From Fimbriosthenelais zetlandica (lineage: Eukaryota), in assembly GCA_977030845.1 (NCBI GenBank), contig OZ365118.1, forward strand, positions 5,394,001 through 5,458,000: a DNA stretch of 64,000 bases. Reading direction: 5' to 3'. The notes beneath the pieces were generated by a model. The model saw nothing but the letters and a program-made list of their open reading frames with translations, had not been told where the DNA came from and did not search any database. Below, piece after piece: positions 10,146-22,200 of this stretch (position 1 is its first letter; each line of letters starts with the position of its first letter). Made by a program: the position numbers and the translations under genes.

Positions 10146-13100
10146 TATCCGAAACAAAACTGTGATCAAATGATAAGAAAGATTCGGCACAAATAGTAAC
10201 CAAAACTGTGATTAGACTGATAAAATATCAGCACATAGAGTAACCATGTAAGAGACATATACTCAAGACATTCACATTGTAGATTGGCACAAAACTTCAC
10301 ACAGAGAGTGGATATTTAAATTGTTATAAACCAAAGAGATATTTCACAATAAGTATTGTAAGATAATATTGTGTGTGCATAATGGATAATAAATGTACTA
10401 AATCAAGCTGGTATCTTTGTTATTAAGTGATAATCATACCTTAATGTGTGACCAAATAAAAATTAAGGTTTTCAAACAACAGAGGGCAGCAGGATACTCA
10501 ATGAGTAGCTCAAGGTGCTCGAGCAACTCAGTGTTTTTATAATAGACTTGCGCAAGTCAGTTACATGCACTACATTTTTATTAATACATTTTCAGGTAAT
10601 AAAAATAGGTGCTAGGGTGTGGCAATGATTGGGTATGAGAAAGGCAAGAGAGAACGAGAGAGATAGAAAGAAAGTGAGAGAGGGAAGACAGAGACAGACA
10701 GATTTAGACAGAGACAGATAGAGAGGAAAGGTCAAGGAATGAATCACAAAAAGATAATACAAAATGGACTCGACAATACATTGAAGCTACAACAGCCAAT
10801 CTATTCAAGACACTGATTGAATAGAAAAGATAGCCATTTCTTCAATAAATATATTTATTCGTGCATCCATTCACTGGATGGCATTAATTGACATTAAGTA
10901 TATATAACATAAATAGATCTCATAGATATATTAAACGTAGCCCTCTCTATCGGTGTCACCCAGTTCTCCGCTCTATAGTGGTTGCAATTTTCACTGCCTG
11001 GACATCAAAAAGGTTAGACATGTATATATGTGTAGACAATATAATGCTCCTTCTTGTATGAATCCGTCGGAAAATATCATCATATACATTCCTGTACGAT
11101 TCATTCAATAAATACACACAAAATACTCATCATTTTTATATACAGTCATCTGGGGTTTAGCCAGGTATTGCAGATTGATATTTCGGCCTTGGTTGAATAA
11201 CTCAATAGGTTTACACACTCCTTTAAACCTATTATAAATCAATACAATACTCTATGTTGCCACTTAAGGGGTGCATCTACTATTACGATAGACAACTACG
11301 ATAACAGTTAAGATGGGTTATATGATAGAGAAAACACCTATACAATGTATAGCAAAGATGTAACCACATTCAAAATAATTAAATTCATTCAACTTTAAGA
11401 TTTGACAGTTTCCCAATGTGTAAAAAAAATGGCTGAATTTTAGGTGTTTTCTCTAGCACCTATCATAACTGCCATGGTCTATCGTGTAGTTAGTGGCCGG
11501 TTTTATCACTAGTAGAAACCAATACAGTGCAAACTCTATGACGCCTCCTATATTGGTCCATTCGTGTTCATCTCAACAAAATACACAGGTTTGGCACTGC
11601 TAAAAAGCATGATCTAGAATTATAATAATCTAGAATATATTGTACACTCCTCGACGTTGGGCCTACATACCTTGATATGATTCATGTAGCTGTAGGACTA
11701 ATTAGTTGGGAAACATTTTTCTATGTTAATTGCTGCTTAAATATGTTTATAATGGTTATTAAATTTAAGTATGTCTTTCAGCAGCTGTTTCCTTTGGTAC
11801 CATTTCACTAGCTCGAATTCTAAACAGAAGGCAGGGGTGATATTGGTACACCCCTTATGCGTTGACAGATTTTTTGTTCAACATGGATTCAAATAATAAT
11901 CATGCATGAATATAAGGTTTTGAACAACCGGATGTCCTATAGAATCTATATGGCCACACTAGTTTGGCTTCAAATGTATATTTTGAATTTAGGCCTGCGT
12001 TTCTCATTGCATTACCAATAATTAAGGCATTTTTTCACAATACTTCAATAGGAACAGCAATCGATGTTTTGATGTGAATGCATGTATGGCCAAATGCAAG
12101 TTAATAGTACAGTGAAATACTGGTGGCAAACTTTCATGCCTCTACGGTTTAGTGCTAATGGTCCGCACAGAGGAGAATACAAGCCTGAAGAATAGGTCGA
12201 CATGGATGTGCCAAAGAGGGCAACGAGAGGTAGCCAAGAAGAAGAAAAGACACATATCACAGTTAACAGTTGGGGGGAATATTATTGGTAGGTTTCCAAA
12301 ACACAACATTCCTCATCCAATACACTAAGTATTATGCTACTACAACCCTCCTATACCTCACACCTACAGCTGTACATGCCTCTGTTATTTACTGAGAGGC
12401 ATGCCTCTCAGTGATAACATTGAGAGACATGTTCCCATATATTCTCACTTTCACTCGTCGATTATTTACTATGCAAGATGCAGATTATTGCCAGGAACTG
12501 CTAACACTATTTTCAATCATTTTCCTAATGAAAACATCAAGGGCAATTCTGTAAAACCTTTTTTAGAATTCAATGGCAGTCGAGATAAAATTATTTCAGA
12601 ATATAAGAAAGTGTAAAAAAGTCCACATTCGCCCTTAATCAGCAGTAATTTGTGTAAATGCAGGGTTTTGGGGCCAAAGAAACAAATATATCGTTCCCCT
12701 GAATTCATGTAGTTTTTGTCTCAATATTTGTTTATATATATCTGTGTGGGATTTTTGTGAATAAATTGTTGAACACCTACGTGTGGGAAGTTTGTGACTG
12801 TTGAGTACCTACTTCCGCATATCAACTAAGAGTGGCCAAATACTTTTTGCACTATGTTCATGCACTTTGATAAGAGTATAGGAAAACTTTTACCTAGTAA
12901 GGATTCTATTCCAGGCTATTTTATACATAGCTATATTGCAAAAATCTGCAGGGGAGAAGCAGCCCAATTTGAATATTTCTCATTCTGATAGACCTTTTAG
13001 AGTGCCTATATAATTATCTAGCACAATTAATACATTATAGGAGATGCAGTTCTTGCAGTTCGGTTTAGTACACATTCATGCAAAATGAAGCTCTGATAAT

Positions 13101-13204
13101 CCACCTTAAGCATTCTGACTCTCGACTTGGTATATCTTACTGTATATCTAAGACACCACAACAGTTTGTACTCAGGGGGACAGGGTGTATGGATGGGTAA
13201 AAAG

Positions 13205-13245
13205 AAAACCATGGCCCAGACCGGGAATTGAACCCGGGATCAGCA
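13205..13245 (-). mobile_element. SINE fragment (tRNA 3' half), same family as 15230 and 27541
   Basis: Minus strand CCCGGGTTCAATTCCCGGTCTGGGCCA followed by ...GTTTTC as in the 15230 copy. Confidence 0.55.
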
Positions 13246-15229
13246 AATACACATGCAGGGGTGTCTATTTTAGGGTAAATCTATGAGAGGATGCGGACTT
13301 TCTGATGCGGACCCCTGCACTATAGCACACAAAGCGAGTATAGCTATTTTGGCGGTAAAATAAATTTTCATTTGGAAAGTAAAGTTGATGAATTCAACCT
13401 TCCTACTATGAGGGCCTATCTGTGTAACTAACTCTGTCTCTGCTCTGTACTTTAATGCAAATCATTCATACCTAACATACCTATTTAAGTATCAACGACA
13501 CATTAGGCCACATTGTTATAAATATAATGGGTAGCCTACATATGCTACTCCAGGACAAGGGGTTAGGAAAAAAATAGGAATATCACTACAAAACCTAACG
13601 CTCAAAAATCGTTCAACTAAACTCAGCAATGATTTTGCCTATAAATCGTATTTGATTGCATTTGAGTTTAAATATTATATTTGTTGCATCTATTGAATTG
13701 ATATTTATAGGAATAGTTTGCTTAAGTTTAGAGCTAATCTCCCCCTGACTAATCACAGCATTAACAACTAATAAACAACGGTGTAAGGTGCTATAATCAG
13801 CCTAATGATATGGTACACAAATCACAACCAACTAAGCATTAGTACAATGACTCCCTGAATCTGAATATTCAACAAATCCTACCAAAATCATTCTCCTCCA
13901 CAACATATTTTTACCCTACAACTCGCACAAATTCTATAGATTAGTGCAACATATTTCATTTCTAAATATTGAGAAATATGATAATATTGTAGAGCCTGGA
14001 GTTATAAATATTAATATGATTTTTTTTTTACATTGGAAGGCACCAATCCATGAAAATGCCAATACATGTAATCATAAAAAGGGGAAAGTTATTTTGAAAT
14101 CCCATATTTCCCTGGTCCTGTGCCAAAATAATGTTTGTGGAACTTTTTAATTGTTCCTTGTGATTAAGACCACTGTTTGGCAGTAAGACAGACACTTCTA
14201 ATAAACTCTAATATTGATACCTATATAGTTATCTCCTTTAACCCTCACAGGGACCAAACTATATTTTTTTCTATGTAAATATTATTGTTTTTGGCAGCTC
14301 TAATGGTTAAGTATGGGTATGTATATGTCATTGTTTTGATTATATATCTAGGGTTATCGAGCCAGTCATGATGCTATTATATTGTTTACAAACCCAACAT
14401 AGCCCAAAAATGTCGTGAACCTCTAGAAATAACCTCTCCGCTGATCCACAAAAGGTCCTAAATACAACTAAAAATTTAATAAAATTGAAAGAAAATGTAC
14501 CTTGGTATGTTTTGTTCATATTGATGGCCATGATTGGAAGCTGAGTCGAGCCTGATGAATGAAAACAATCCGAGAGAGGAATGGACACGACTGGCTTATC
14601 CAGTATCTCCTCCACTCTTTGGGGGTAAATTCCTGCACAATAATTCCAACTAAAGTAGGTGGAGATCAATGCTGGTGTGTGTATGATGATAGTCCATGTT
14701 TAAACCCTTCATACTCAACAGTAATGTCACTATAAAGTAAGCGTATAATCCATGATAACACTGTCACGGCATGGTCACCCATCCTGACAGCAGAATGTCA
14801 AACTAAAACAATGGGAGAGCACTGTAGGGTGTAGGTGTGTGTATACCTGGATAGGGGGTGCGGGGGGGGGGGGGCTGGTCACTGATATGAATCAAGCTAA
14901 AGCAAGCTAAATTGGACAGGGCATTTCTTCGGTAGGACCCCCCCCCGCCTCCCACTATCGACCTCCCAACCAATCAAGCAAATATAAGCAAGCTAGCAGG
15001 GATTATTTAATTAGTTTAGGGGCAGGTGGTTCCGAGGAATTGTATATTTGGCGAAAAAAAAATTCACCATAAGGCCCAAGAAGCAATGCTTCTATAACCT
15101 AATGGTAATGCTTCTATAACCTAATGGTATGATCTATGTATTATATAGTTCAAAAGAAAATTTTGTTTTCCCCAGGAATTGGCTGATTATTATTCAAGAT
15201 CAAAAAGATCAAGATCAAGACTGAAAACA

Positions 15230-15295
15230 CTTGACCAGACCAGGAATCGAACCCGCATGACTAGATTTGTAGGCCAGTGTATTCCCCACTATAGA
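15230..15295 (-). mobile_element. tRNA-derived SINE head
   Basis: Minus strand TAGTGGGGAATACACTGGCC...GCGGGTTCGATTCCTGGTCTGGTCA. Confidence 0.6.
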
Positions 15296-15595
15296 TAATT
15301 ATCAGTGATAGGTATACATCTTGGGTTAAATTGTAAATCCCCTAAATATCACCTCTGTTACTCTCCCATTGCTCCATACCGTTATACATTAAGTGATTTA
15401 CAATAATACAACCTACATGACAGTCACGTTAAAATGATATGATATTTCAGTGCCCTGCAAAGAAATTAAAGCGTATAAAACTACAATCATGTCTTTGTGC
15501 ATTTGTTGTCTAAACTCAATTTTCTCAGGGTATGTACCGAGGTTTATCGCGACAGAGATGCAACGGTGCGTCTATCCAATGAACAATTTTCCAAT

Positions 15596-15716
15596 GGCTT
15601 AACTGTAGGCCTAATAACTTAACTGTAGGCCTAATAACTTAACCACAGGCCTAATAACTTAACCACAGGCCTTATAACTGAAATGTAGACCTAATACCTT
15701 AACAGTAGGCCTGATA
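15596..15716. repeat. 20-bp tandem repeat, about 6 copies
   Basis: Unit CTTAAC(TGT/CAC)AGGCCTAATAA. Confidence 0.88.
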
Positions 15717-15950
15717 AGGGAATCATATGCCCTTATAACACCCCAACACATGACTAGAATATATATGTACATACATATAATATAGACTTTGGCCACAAAA
15801 TCATACCATCATTCACTATTATATCCAATTGCATCTGTACACCTAGGGCTATGTATACTTTTTAAAAGCAATAATCAGGATAGTTCATCCATGCCCCAAA
15901 TGAATCATAATAATAATATAGTTAATGTATGTGATATTATATGTAGAGTC

Positions 15951-16289
15951 CTAGGACTTGTCCATGGCTGAGGAACACCTGTGACATAACACAATGACAC
16001 AGGTTAGCAGGAATATAGCCACTATCAAGGCGTAACAGCCCATGATCTGACCAAAGGCGAACAAGTAGACTGTTTTGTCGCACCAGTTGCTGGGCTCGTG
16101 CAGCAGCTGCCGATAGTTGGGTTCCCAGATGGGTAAGACCCAGTAGTTTCCGAAGACGAACCAAACGAAGAGAAAAATACTGAGGATAGCCTCGCTGAAG
16201 CGTGAGGATTTCGACATGATCATGTCGCCGTTGCCGTCGTCGCCGTCGTAACCGACATCGTCTAGTCGTTCATAACGGCGCGACCGCAC
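15951..16289 (-). CDS. TMEM272: TMEM272-like terminal exon (VRSRRYERLDD...CHRCSSAMDKS*)
   Basis: catttag|GTG acceptor, phase 0, open to stop at 15951. Confidence 0.9.
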   Translation of the reverse strand: MRSRRYERLDDVGYDGDDGNGDMIMSKSSRFSEAILSIFLFVWFVFGNYWVLPIWEPNYRQLLHEPSNWCDKTVYLFAFGQIMGCYALIVAIFLLTCVIVLCHRCSSAMDKS

Positions 16290-19200
16290 CTAAATGTAAG
16301 GTAACGTGTCAGTAAGAAACTCAACATTCAACAACAACTGGTAACAAGTGTTAATATCAACTTAACTTAACTAAAGCCGGGACTCCACTGCTGCGATATT
16401 GCCTGCGACACTGCTGCAACAAAGCCGTCAAAGGTGATGCTTGTGTCGCAATAAAATTGTGGATGAAGTGTCCAAGGCCTTAAGGTCGTCCTCCACTGGT
16501 AAATTTATCATTGAAACCCAAGCAACACCTTTGTCGCAGCAGTGGAGTCCCGGCTTTATTAACTTAATATAAAGGTCGCCAATGGTCTGAAAATATATAG
16601 GACATTGTACAATAACGCTTTATTCTGGTTGTACAATGGCCTTAACCTGAGCTAATAATACTGTCAATGCTAAAATGGGAATAGTGGACGATATATACCA
16701 GAGCCTTAACTAGAGTGAGTAGTGCATAAAATGGCCATTGTTCCAGGCTTGGAAATGCTGGAGACCGAAAGATGATACTCAACTTCAAGAGTGGACTATA
16801 TTTTCATTTTGCCAACAGTTGGGTTTTCAAACATAAAAGGAATTCATCCAGGATAAATGAGCTGTGAAATTATTCTATTATCGGTTGCCTTGCATCACGC
16901 AACCTTAAAATATATTTGGTGTACTCATTTTCGAAGCACACTACCAAAGGGCGTAGATAGGGAGGGTTCACTAAGTTCTGACGAACCCAACATTGAGTCA
17001 GAATTTTGAGTCAAATTTTGGCAACACATTACTGATTCGAGGCAACAAAGTTTTCTTCTAGATCGAGAGATGAAAGAAGGCTACGCCTCTGCTACCCAAG
17101 TCTAAACCAAATACTGGGCCATTTTTTGGTTAGTATTATGGGATATAACCAGTTACCTACCTGTTTCCACAGCATTGACATGACCTTGAGTAATCCGAAG
17201 CATCCTCCCACCAAGAGGTAAATTGGTATCTTTGGTTCCACTGGGCACTCGTGTAGGTACTTAACTCCTAAAAGAGGCAATATCTATACTGGTTATTCAT
17301 GCCATTCCTCATTAGGCCTAATGCCTATTGTGCCTTAACCAGGGCATCTATGCTATAGACCTATAATAGAGGTATTATTACAAACAGACCTAAGGTATGT
17401 TCTGACTTTCATTTTGAAAATGAGTTTCATTTTATTCTAAGGTTATAGCAATACTAACCCATGGTTACCATGGTAACAGGTAGCGCCATAAATACTCCCA
17501 ATATCACTGTGACCGCCACTGTAAAAACAAGATGGAATGAGCATTACATTCATACAGAATATCACTGTGACCGCCACTGTAAAAACAAGATGGAATGAGC
17601 ATTACATTCATACAGAATATCACTGTGACCGCCACTGTAAAAACAAGATGGAATGAGCATTACATTCATACAGAATATCACTGTGACCGCCACTGTAAAA
17701 ACAAGATGGAATGAGCATTACATTCATACAGAATATCACTGTGACCGCCACTGTAAAAACAAGATGGAATGAGCATTACATTCATACAGAATATCACTGT
17801 GACCGCCACTGTAAAAACAAGATGGAATGAGCATTACATTCATACAGAATATCACTGTGACCGCCACTGTAAAAACAAGATGGAATGAGCATTACATTCA
17901 TAGAGAATATCACTGTGATCGCCACTGTAAAAACAAGATGGAGTGATCATTACATTCATACAGAATATCACTGTGACCGCCACTGTAAAAACAAGACGGA
18001 ATGAGCATTACATTCATAGAGAATATCACTGTGACCGCCACTGTAAAAACAAGACGGAAATGAGCATTCTAACTGGAATATAGATGACAGCAATGAAAAG
18101 TAATATGCATAATATACTTTATTCGACATGGGATTCAATCCAGGATTTTTGAAATGGGGGTCATCCATATGAAAGAAGAGGGACCAGCCTAGGCCAGAGA
18201 AGTACACTTTGAGTGACGAAAAATCATTTCCCCGACCCCTGATCAATCAATGAATCAATCATTCAATCAATCAGTCAGTCAATCAGTCAATCAATCGGTC
18301 AGTAACCTACATTGTGATGATTGTAATGAATGAAGCAGGGAAAGTTAGGCCTGGAGCAGTGAATATTATATCACAGTAATGATGTATGGAGACAGGCAAA
18401 GATGGATAACCATCGTCTATTTCCTCTCGTTGACATTTCTATTATGTTCTTGACTTCCTTAAAGCCCCGAAAAAAGCAACACAAAGTCAGAGACAGAGCT
18501 CCCCATAGAAGGTCAGAACCGACATAGCCACGAGGTAAAGTGTTGTTCTTTTGAGATATGGTCAGTGAAAAGTGAATACAAAATACATAAGGGTTCCCAG
18601 CAGTTCACCAAAACACAATTCCGTAAGTTTTCCCTGAGTAAACCGGGACTCCACTGCTGCGATTTTGTTTGCGACACGTCTGCGACAAAGGTGATGCTTG
18701 TGTTTCAATGATACATTTACCATTGGAGGACGGCCTCAAGGCCTTAGAAACTTGAATCACAATTTATAAATCTTACACAACTTCACAAGCATCACCTTTG
18801 TCGCAAGCAAAATCGCAGCAGTGGGGCCCGGCTTAAGCCCGTAAATTGAGGAGATATATTAGGTTTCTTTGTGGAAGAAGATTTGGGGATATTAAAAACA
18901 GAAAATTGTAGAGATGAGATAAAATTGTTGTTTCTGGGACTGGAGATTTATAAGGGATTATTTCCTAGTATGTAATATGTCAATGATATGTCTGAGTTTG
19001 TTCAATATTAAATTATCAATCTCTATTATCTTGTCAGGCCTTCCTGTTTGTGATCTGTTTTAATTGGTGGGAGACACTATGTGGAATCAGTACCGTGATT
19101 AACTCTAATGAGGAAGTAACTCCCTGGGGTTCTTCCTGCAGGTGATCATCAATTAAAGGCATTATAGCCACCAGTAAACTTAGCGGAACATTGTAGGCTT

Positions 19201-22200
19201 AAAGCAACCATTCGACAGGAATTTATCAGTTTACTTAGCTCATCAATTATATCAATTACAATGGGTATATAGTTATATCCCTGTGTGCATTCATCCTACG
19301 AAATTCTGACTAAATTTAAAGTCAATTTCTCATCGAAATTCGAGTTCATTGTAGGCTGAAATTTTACATAGCTCATCAATTATATCAATTACAAAGAATA
19401 GACATTTATATCCCTGCGCATTCAACGAACAAATCTGACTAAATTTCTCATACACATTTCGAGATCCCCAGAGCCTTTTCTTTATCCCTTATGGAACCAA
19501 GTCTCGGTAAATAAAGCAGCGCTTTTTTTGTATGAAGCAGAAGGAGATTGAGGATGTAATGAAGTGAGATAACTCATTATCATCTCACCTTTGTCCCCTG
19601 GTAACCTCTACCAAATTACATTGACTTACTAACAAGCCTTCAGAGGCCAGCCGGGATGAAAAGAGTCGGGGGGGGGGGGAGGGGAGAGTGAAGAAGAGGC
19701 CCTCGCCCCCTTCCCCCACATCCTGCCCAATCAACTAACTCAATTCCCCAGTGCTTTGAACCAATACTTGATTGATTTTTGCGTAAGTTTCATGGGCGCT
19801 TTCAACTTAAGATTATTGGTTCACAACTCAATTCCTTTGTCAAATCAAGTTTGATCGAGTGATCGGAGTGGGGGTGGGGGGGGGGGGTGTCTTTTAGTGG
19901 ATATTTAGGATTTAAGGTGGACATGTATGGGCAACCATCCCCTAACATACTAACATTGAATGAGCCTTTGAAAAGACAGCAGTGTGTGGGTCAGTGAGTG
20001 AGGTGGGGACCAGTAGGGGGCTCTGTTTGAAGCTTTATGAGGTTGTCAAGGTGACGGGGTCAGAGGTCACCGCCCAGATAAAGGTCACTGATATCAGCGG
20101 ACCAACACAGACTTCCGCTTCCGGTAGGAGGAGCTGAGGGTGGGCTGTAGGAGATAGATGGGGCTCCCGGAGATAAGAAAGTAGATATTGAGGGGTCTTG
20201 AGTAAGTGTGTAACTCAAGATAAGTCCTCTGGGAGAGATTGGTTAATTTGTTCAGATGGACCTACCTGAACCTGACAATGCATGCTTCATCCAGGCATAT
20301 GCATTTTTGTTCCAGGCATATGCATATGCATTATTTATCAGCCATATGCATTATCAGTGTCTAAAATAAGAGTGCATATGCCTGGGGCCCGTTTCAGTGT
20401 AAAAAAAAAATCCCTTTGCTAATGGTTGTTCTGAAACAGGCCCCATATGAAATATAATATGTTCTCAAACATTCAAAATGGCATACAATGAATTACCATA
20501 GACCTCGACCATAGACCTGCTCAGCTAGTATGTAACTATTCCTATAAATACTCCCTGTAAAAACAACTCTTTTTCATCGTTTTGGAAGGCCTTGATCTTG
20601 ACAGGACTAAATGTACTGAGCGAGCTAGGCGTGAAGGTGGAGGAATTTGTCATGTATATAGATTCAAACAATGTATACTGCCAGCATGCAGTGTGTATAA
20701 CAAATGAGGTGACGAGATTCCACAGTGAACATCAGCTGCTATTCTTTATAATATAGACAGAGGCTAGGGTGATCAAAGTGTCTGGTTAATCCATATTGTG
20801 AACCTATAGCAATCATTAATAAATGACTTTACTTTGCTCATTACAAGAAAATCATCACCAGTGATAATCATAATCAAATATTTTATCAATCAAATCAAAT
20901 ACCGAGATAAAAGTGAGATAATCATTCAGGGAAGAAGAGCTATAATCATTCAGGGAAAGTGAGTCCAGTTAATCAATCAAAGAAAGTTTCATTTTTCACC
21001 AAAATAAGTTAATTAAATATATAGGAAATAAAGAGATACAAATCAAAAGGAAAATAAAGTGAAGAAAATTAAATAATTAAAGAAGCTATTTTATGAAATG
21101 AAAGTTTCCTTTCAAAAGTTACTGTGCATTATAATTATCTAGCTTCCATGCATCCTATAAAATTGGAGCATTATTCATTTTGAAGTGCGTTGCATTCCTT
21201 AATATAAATTGGCTTGCATTTCTAGGGGGGAATGAGGATGGGGATGGAGCCTGCTACTATGTACTCTATCTAATACTTACACCTACACTCTGGTAGTGGG
21301 TTTGTGTATATGGTAGCTGTCTAAAAGCCTATGAAGCCCAGGGCTTGCTTGCTTGCTCTTCCTCTATAACTTTTCCTGAACTTACGTTCGTACTGCTGCT
21401 CGTTCTCCTTCTCTCTCCGCGCATTAGGGCACCTGATGCATGGTAAAGCTACACTACACAGGGGGTTAAAAGTACCCCAGTCAAAGTAAAAATCCAAACG
21501 ATAAGGGTTGGAGGTCATACTAACTGTTGCTGTCTTATAATTGCTTGATAAACGACCTTATCAATGGTAGATCAATGTGTAGAAAGGACCTTACACTCTG
21601 GTGGTGAGGAAAGCTAGCAGACAGAGGGCCTTTTACAGGGTGTTTATATATAATGGGGGAGGGGTGTGGGGTAAAGCCCTCACAAGCAGCCACCAAGTGG
21701 CCGGGGGCTCAACTAAAAGGCCCTTCTACATATTGGCCCTTCTCATTGGAGGAATAATAATGCTGGTAGGAGGGCGGGTAGAGGGGTGCACTGATGAGGT
21801 TTTTGTTTTCATGATTGATCATATTCAATACACATTTTTTATATTAGGTTTCTTATGGAATTTGTGGGGTGAGAAATTTAATCTAAACATGTTTTGTATT
21901 AATAAATAAATTTCGGAATTAATCGAGTGAGTTAGTGAGGGTGTAAGCGAGCGAGCGAGTGAATGAGTGGGTGAGTCTAAATGGGGGTGAGGGGGTGAAT
22001 GTGTAAGGGTGTGAGTGAGTGAGGATTGGAGTGAGGGGGTGAGTGAGTGAGTGTGTGAGTGAGTGGGTGAGTGAGACTAAACGTATGAGTGAGTTAGTTT
22101 TCATCTTGTTGCTTCAAGTCCCTACATTTCCTATAAGGAAATCACTGCCCACAGTGGCGCGCTGACAGATACAAATTAGCGGACCTAACCTAGTTGATCA

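Noticed and set aside
15937-16164. 75-aa ORF overlapping the TMEM272-like last exon (also 1133-1438, 3538-3756, 9527-9784)
   Set aside because: Shadow frames of real or likely exons.
17500-18068. CRISPR-like array (also 698-1128, 34113-34521)
   Set aside because: No unique spacers, eukaryotic context and no cas genes; plain tandem repeats.
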